DNA from: Trypanosoma brucei
Taxonomy: Eukaryota
Reading direction: 5' to 3'
Assembly: GCA_000002445.1 (NCBI GenBank)
Contig: CH464491.1
Coordinates: 5,024,001-5,088,000, forward strand
DNA: 64,000 bases
Below the pieces are notes generated by a model. That model was given only the letters and a program-made list of their open reading frames with translations. It was not told the origin of the DNA and did not search any database. The translations under genes and the position numbers were made by a program. Position 1 is the stretch's first letter. Each line of letters opens with the position of its first letter. Below, one piece after another: positions 59,117 through 64,000 of the stretch.

Positions 59117-59181
59117 CTCTAACCCTAACCTTCCTAACCTCCCTAACCCTCCATACCTCTCCCTACCTACCGCCTACCCTC
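59117..59181 (-). repeat. Interstitial telomeric repeat remnant, about 9 degenerate CCCTAA-like units on plus strand
   Basis: CTCTAACCCTAACCTTCCTAACCTCCCTAACCCTCCATACCTCTCCCTACCTACCGCCTACCCTC. Confidence 0.7.
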
Positions 59182-59349
59182 TTTTTTGGTTTGTTAGACA
59201 AAAAACAACAAGAAAATAAAAGAAATTTTTTAACTATCAAAAACAAAATTTTACACGCACAGACGGCCAAAAAAAAATATTCCCGGGAAAATTACGTGTT
59301 AAAATATATAAAAATCTCAGAAAGAAAAAAAGAGGGGGAAAAATTTGTT

Positions 59350-60876
59350 TTAAAAAAGCAAGGCCACATATGCGGCAGAAACCATCATGGCGAATTGTTT
59401 GTTTCCTAGAATAGAGGAATCTTTGCATTTATCCTCAATCCATCCACAATAAGCTTTTTCACCAGGTTTTTTGTCCCTCATTCTCCTTTTCACAGTTTGC
59501 TTTATCTTTATGTTTTGTACACCTCTCTGAAGCAGTATTTGTTTCTTTTTTTGAGCTTGTGCTACAGGAACGCCGGTTGCTGTCGCTTTTTTTGGCATCA
59601 AATTTACATTTTTTGGTTTGTTCGGTTTCTGTTGTATTATAACTGCATATAGGATTTGCGTTACATGCAGCAACTTCTGTTAGTTTGCTTCAAGTTTCTT
59701 CTGCTTTTTTACGCCTAAGAACCCTCTGAAAGTTCCTTGTGGTAATCTGGAGCTTTTTTGTTTGCTTTTTTGTTTAAAATTTGTAGTTTCTTTTCTTCCT
59801 TGCGAGCTAGTTGCTGATAGTCTAGCTGCATGGTTAGCTGTAGGTCTATTTGGCCACGTGTCGGAGCTAGTGCTTTGTCCCCTTTAAGAGCTTTTACGAA
59901 GCCACTGTCGCTGCCGTTGGCTGGTATTTTGAAAAGCTCGGTTGCTATTTTCTTTATGTCGTTTTCTTCTTTGGCGGGCTTGTATTGGTAGAAAGAGTTT
60001 ATTGTGTCTTTGAGCTTTCTACCTACTGCGTCCGGTTTCAATAGCTTCTCTAGTCCGTCGGCGTCGAGCGTTTGCGCTGTATCGGTCGCAGACAAGTAAT
60101 TATGTGTTGCTGTGTAAGACGATGCTATCGGCTTGAGTATATCCGTCTCCGTTGCTGCTTTTTCGATGTTGTTTGTTGCAAAGCCCCCGGTGTTTGCTAT
60201 TTCTATTAAACCTTCCAGCAGCAGCATGTTGCCGGTATCCTTTTTGTAAGCCGTTAGGACAGCTGCGGTTAAAGCACAGCTGTTTGCTGTTGCTCCCGTC
60301 AGGGCGGTCGAAGCTGAGAACACTTGAATTGCCGCCTCTTGTAAGTTTGTGGCGTCGGGGATTTCGGCTGTTAAGTCAGTGGCTTTGCAGCCATTGCTAG
60401 CCGCTTCGTTTGACTCCGTATTTGGCTGTGTGCGTGCTGAAATACAGAAGCCGTTAGATGGGTTTGTGCGCTGCGCATTCTTGAACAAGAGCATTAGTTC
60501 GTCTATTCTGCCACTTGCGTAAGAGACTTGGCCTGCAGCCTTTACGGCTGCTGTCATTTTTGAAGTGGGTTCAGTTAGGTGTCGGTCGCCTTCGCCTTGC
60601 AGGTAGGCTGCCAGTATCAGAGGTTGCGTTGCCCATCCCGGTGATTTCACTGCACATGCAGTTAGCCTTGCTGTAGCAGCGTTGATTACTTTCAGATAGC
60701 TAGCTGTGTTTGACAGCTTTAGCCGCGTTCCGAGCTGCGGCTTTTTTTGCTTTAGCAGAGAAATCGCAAGTTTTCTGTGCAGCGGCACTGCTTAGTGCAT
60801 CACCTGCACTGGCTGAGCCCTCGTGTGCGTTAATGTACACTAGTCAAAATAGTGTAAGGCCTGTTCTAATCATGTT
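59350..60876 (-). pseudogene. VSG: VSG pseudogene (frameshift between NTD ORF 59715-60788 and CTD ORF 59350-59673; stop in signal peptide)
   Basis: CTD ends ...KAYCGWIEDKCKDSSILGNKQFAMMVSAAYVALLF. The NTD is 357 aa. An upstream Met at about 60874 is followed by a stop (MIRTGLTLF*). The 16-mer GTGTTAAAATATATA is at 59297-59311. Confidence 0.75.
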
Positions 60877-62162
60877 ACTCCCTTTGGAGGTAGTGATTCA
60901 AATTAGATTTAAAGTCTGGGTTGAATATCGTTGGGTTTAGCTGGCCATATTCGTTTCACAGAAGTTACACTACTTTTCCCTTTCTCTTAATGTATGGTAC
61001 ACTTAAATGCTGTTATTTCCGGTTTTTTAAGACCTAGTTTTGAATGGAAGGCTTATACATAGGCCTTGCTGGCCTTCTTCTATTTATACAGAGCCACGAG
61101 CTATTGCAACATCTATTTCAGTAGCCTTCCAATATTACCTCTAAAGCCGAAATCCTCAACAGAAAATTGTGATCACCTCTTTTTGTGCTTTATCTCTTAA
61201 ATTGTGCTTTGAAAATTTTAAACTAAGCCTTTCTGTTAATTGTCTCAACGACAGCTTTGTTCGATTGGAAAGGTTTGTACGCAGCCGCAAGCCAGTCGGC
61301 CGCCTTCAGGTGGCCTTTCACCTACACGCAGCTTAGTAAAAGAATATGTACTTTTAATACTAATTCCATTATATTTCTATATCTATTGCGTATATTCTGC
61401 CAACGGCAAGTCCAAACGTTTTGTCCAAGTACGAAAACCTCACACATCACTATGGCTCAAAATCCAAATATTATGTTATGTTATGGCGTTTATTTTATGT
61501 CAGTCCTGCTTTGCACACCTGTTAAATTACCAGCTAACGATGCTTTTTTTTTCCGCATTCAATTGTTCTTCTGCCTCTTCTTTTATTCATTTTCCGTCTA
61601 ATAGGTGACATTGAGTCTAAAATACGGAACTTGTTTCCAAAAAGTTACGCTTTCATTTCTTCTCTTTTTTAAATATGATACATTGCTTTCGCATCAGCGA
61701 CACCTCTTGTGTCAATTATTCACACCTTAAAACTCTTGGTATCTTTTTAGTATACCCATACAGAAAAAGAGAGATATTTACATTCATTTTTTCCACTACA
61801 AAACTCCTTCCATTTGTTCATATAGGTGTTTCCATTTCTATCTGCGGTTCGCCTTACTGGAGTATTGACTAGAACCGCCCTTTTTACTAATTCGCCGTGT
61901 ATTGTTGTCTTTACGTCTGCTGCAGCCGGGAAAACAAGTCTTGGCATTGTGGCTGCCTATATTTTTTGTTCGATAGTTTCTTCTTTGTCTTTCTCTTTGA
62001 CGTCACGCATAATCTTTTACTCTAAATTTTCTTTTATAATAATATTTCTCATTATTCGTGTTCCTTCCTTTTCATTCATTTTAACACTCTCTATTTTTAA
62101 TTTAAACCTACCAATTGTGTTAAATTCCTTAATTGAGGACTTTAAGTTGTCCTTTATAACCA

Positions 62163-62222
62163 CCATTATTATTATATTCGTATATACACACACTCAAAAT
62201 ACTCTCCTCTCATTATTACTAT
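62163..62222 (-). repeat. 70-bp repeat
   Basis: CCATTATTATTATATTCGTATATACACACACTCAAAATACTCTCCTCTCATTATTACTATT. Confidence 0.85.
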
Positions 62223-62592
62223 TTCTATTACAATTTTAATTTCAACTAATAACTATACAGTAAACAAAATTAACAAATCTACAATAGAACTTTTTATACC
62301 ATATCACCCTTCTGCTTTACACCCATAGGACACTTTCATACACACTCTTTCAAATTTTATATTTAAACATTTTCGTTAAAAAGTGTTAAAATATATCAAA
62401 TTTTAGCAATTTTAGGAAAATCTCTCACAAAGAAAATATTAATTATTTTTATAAGTTTCATAAAATCAAGCAAAAATTCTTAGAATGCTTAAAATACTAT
62501 CAAGCCCATAAATACAGCGGCCATACTCAGAGCCAATTTCTTATTTACAAGAAAAGTGAAATTCTTGCAAGTTTCATCTTTCCATTAACAGC

Positions 62593-63982
62593 TTATGTCA
62601 GCATCGCATTTAGTTTTATCATTTCTAAGTTTTTCCCATTCAGTTTTAGTTTCTGCTTCATTTTCTGCTGTTTTCTTTGTTTTGGTTTCTTTTTCTGTTT
62701 TAATTTTCTATATTTAACCTCTTCTGCGCTTGCATTATAGTCGCAGTTAGCCTTCGTGCATTTGTCTTTGCTGGCGTGGTGAGCTTCGCATGTTTTGCTG
62801 TATCGTTCCGGTCCTATTGCTGAGTCGGCCGCTTGCCGACTATCTTTTACTTTCCTTCTGTGCATGATGCTGTTTACAGACGCTCTGATTGCTGACAGCT
62901 CGGTTTCTAGCTGGGCTTTTATTATCTTGGCCTGTCGCGTCGCTTCTTCGCTTTGCCTTATAGTTTTAATCGCATTATTTACCTTCTTTACCCATGGTAG
63001 AGTGTCGAACACCGTCGTGCTCTTCGCGCTGTCACCAGTGAACTTTACACATTGTCCGTTGGCTTGGCCCCCGTCGCATCTGTTTTGACAACATGCCCCT
63101 AGGTACGTCGCACCGGGTTCGCTTTTGACTGTTGCGTGGATCCGAGCCATTGCCGCTGCTAGCACACCAGCCGGAATTGGCTGTGGCAGCTTTGTGCGTG
63201 CAGTGCCTTTTCAGAAGTTTCCACTGAGTATCTGCAACGGCCTTGCCGCTGGTTCAGTCTGTTAGTGCGGTCTGCGGGTTTACGCAGGCCCTAGTTAGGC
63301 TGGCGGAACCGCTGCATACGCATATTGCGGTTGCAACTACGGTGTTGGTTTGTAGCGCTTCTGGGGTGTTTGTGGACGCTGTCTCCGGGTCCCCTGCCGC
63401 TGCAACTAAGAATGCTTTGTCGGCTTCTATGGTTCCCCCGCATGCGACTGCAGTACCGAAAGCTGCCGTTCGTATGTTAGTGGTTAGTGCTTTTGTGTTG
63501 GCACTCTGCTCCTTGTCATACAGCGCAGTTAGTTCTTTTTGTAGTACCACCGCCCTTGTTGCTCCGCCCTGAATCGTGTGCCACAGTTCTTCCTTCTGCT
63601 CTTCTGTTAATGTGTCAGCGGCAGCTTCTTTCATTGTTAACAGCGTAGTTTTCTCAACCTCCGTGTCTTTCGCTGCCTTCAGCCAAAGTGGCCACCTTTC
63701 CGCCCATCCGGATATTTTGTTTAGGTCAGCCGGTATTGTTTCTTCCCATGAATCCGGTGGCGTCTTTTTTTTGAATATTCCCCGCCATTCTGCGTCATAT
63801 AGTGTCATGTTTATCTGCTGTACTTTTTTGGTTACTGGGTTCTCTTTTGTTGCTTCTGATCCTAGCTTTATCGCTGAATCCGCCACGCTTACTATTGTGC
63901 ATAGGTCGTTGAACAGGGCTGCATTCTCTCCCGCTGCAACGTTTGCTTCGTTTCTAGGTAAGGCTAGCAGTAACGTTATCAC
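62593..63982 (-). pseudogene. VSG: VSG pseudogene (b-type; single frameshift between 63165 and 63254)
   Basis: N-terminal 242-aa ORF (MITLLLALPRNEANVAAGENAALFNDLCTIVSVADS...). C-terminal 190-aa ORF has a VSG-like Cys pattern (CCQNRCDGGQANGQC...CEAHHASKDKCTKANC). The 16-mer GTGTTAAAATATATCA is at 62383-62398. Confidence 0.8.
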
Positions 63983-64000
63983 CAGTAGTGCTATGATATG

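Noticed and set aside
1-64000. Prokaryotic-style features (CRISPR arrays, operons, defence islands, sigma-70 promoters, rho-independent terminators)
   Set aside because: The sequence is eukaryotic kinetoplastid subtelomere, established by the VSG ORFs, 70-bp repeats and 16-mer 3'UTR elements. No direct-repeat and spacer architecture or bacterial gene signatures are present.

Overview
This window is not prokaryotic. It reads as a subtelomeric silent VSG (variant surface glycoprotein) array from an African trypanosome of the Trypanosoma brucei group (Trypanozoon). Every recognisable gene lies on the minus strand, in a cassette organisation repeated about 20 times.

Each cassette is ordered, in gene orientation: 70-bp repeat, then a 1.3-2.6 kb upstream region, then a VSG ORF of about 1.4-1.5 kb, then a VSG 3'UTR.
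- The 70-bp repeat appears here as the reverse complement of the canonical unit, ...CTTATTATAATATTCGTATATACACACTCACAACACTCTCCTATTATTATTATT..., with (TAA)n tracts.
- The 3'UTR carries the conserved 16-mer (plus-strand GTGTTAAAATATATCA, the reverse complement of TGATATATTTTAACAC) and 8-mer (AGTAGCAA, the reverse complement of TTGCTACT), sitting 50-150 bp below each stop codon.

Five VSG ORFs are intact, each with an N-terminal signal peptide and a C-terminal GPI-signal tail: 2983-4422, 11069-12562, 14315-15820, 38034-39458 and 55190-56644. Thirteen more VSGs are pseudogenes, frameshifted, stop-interrupted or truncated. Both a-type and b-type N-terminal domains are present.

Two, possibly three, copies of a conserved non-VSG pseudogene lie between a 70-bp repeat and a VSG. 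My best guess is ESAG3-like.

The most unusual structure is a composite module of about 1.1 kb that occurs three times, at 1842-2982, 33644-34570 and 58268-59349. Each copy contains, in order: a VSG 3'UTR, a short VSG C-terminal-domain fragment, a conserved non-coding element of about 350 bp with core GAAACTGCCAC(G/C)CGCCAGCG, and degenerate interstitial telomere hexamer repeats (CCCTAA/TTAGGG). In copies 1 and 3 the two repeat blocks are in inverted orientation. Each copy sits immediately downstream of a VSG whose C-terminus ends in ...ALLF.

I find no tRNA or rRNA genes, CRISPR arrays or prokaryotic-style systems, and no new kind of biological system. The interest here is architectural: interstitial telomeric remnants, variation in the 70-bp repeats, and the pattern of VSG decay. 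Coordinates of pseudogene ends and repeat edges are approximate, to within about 30 bp.
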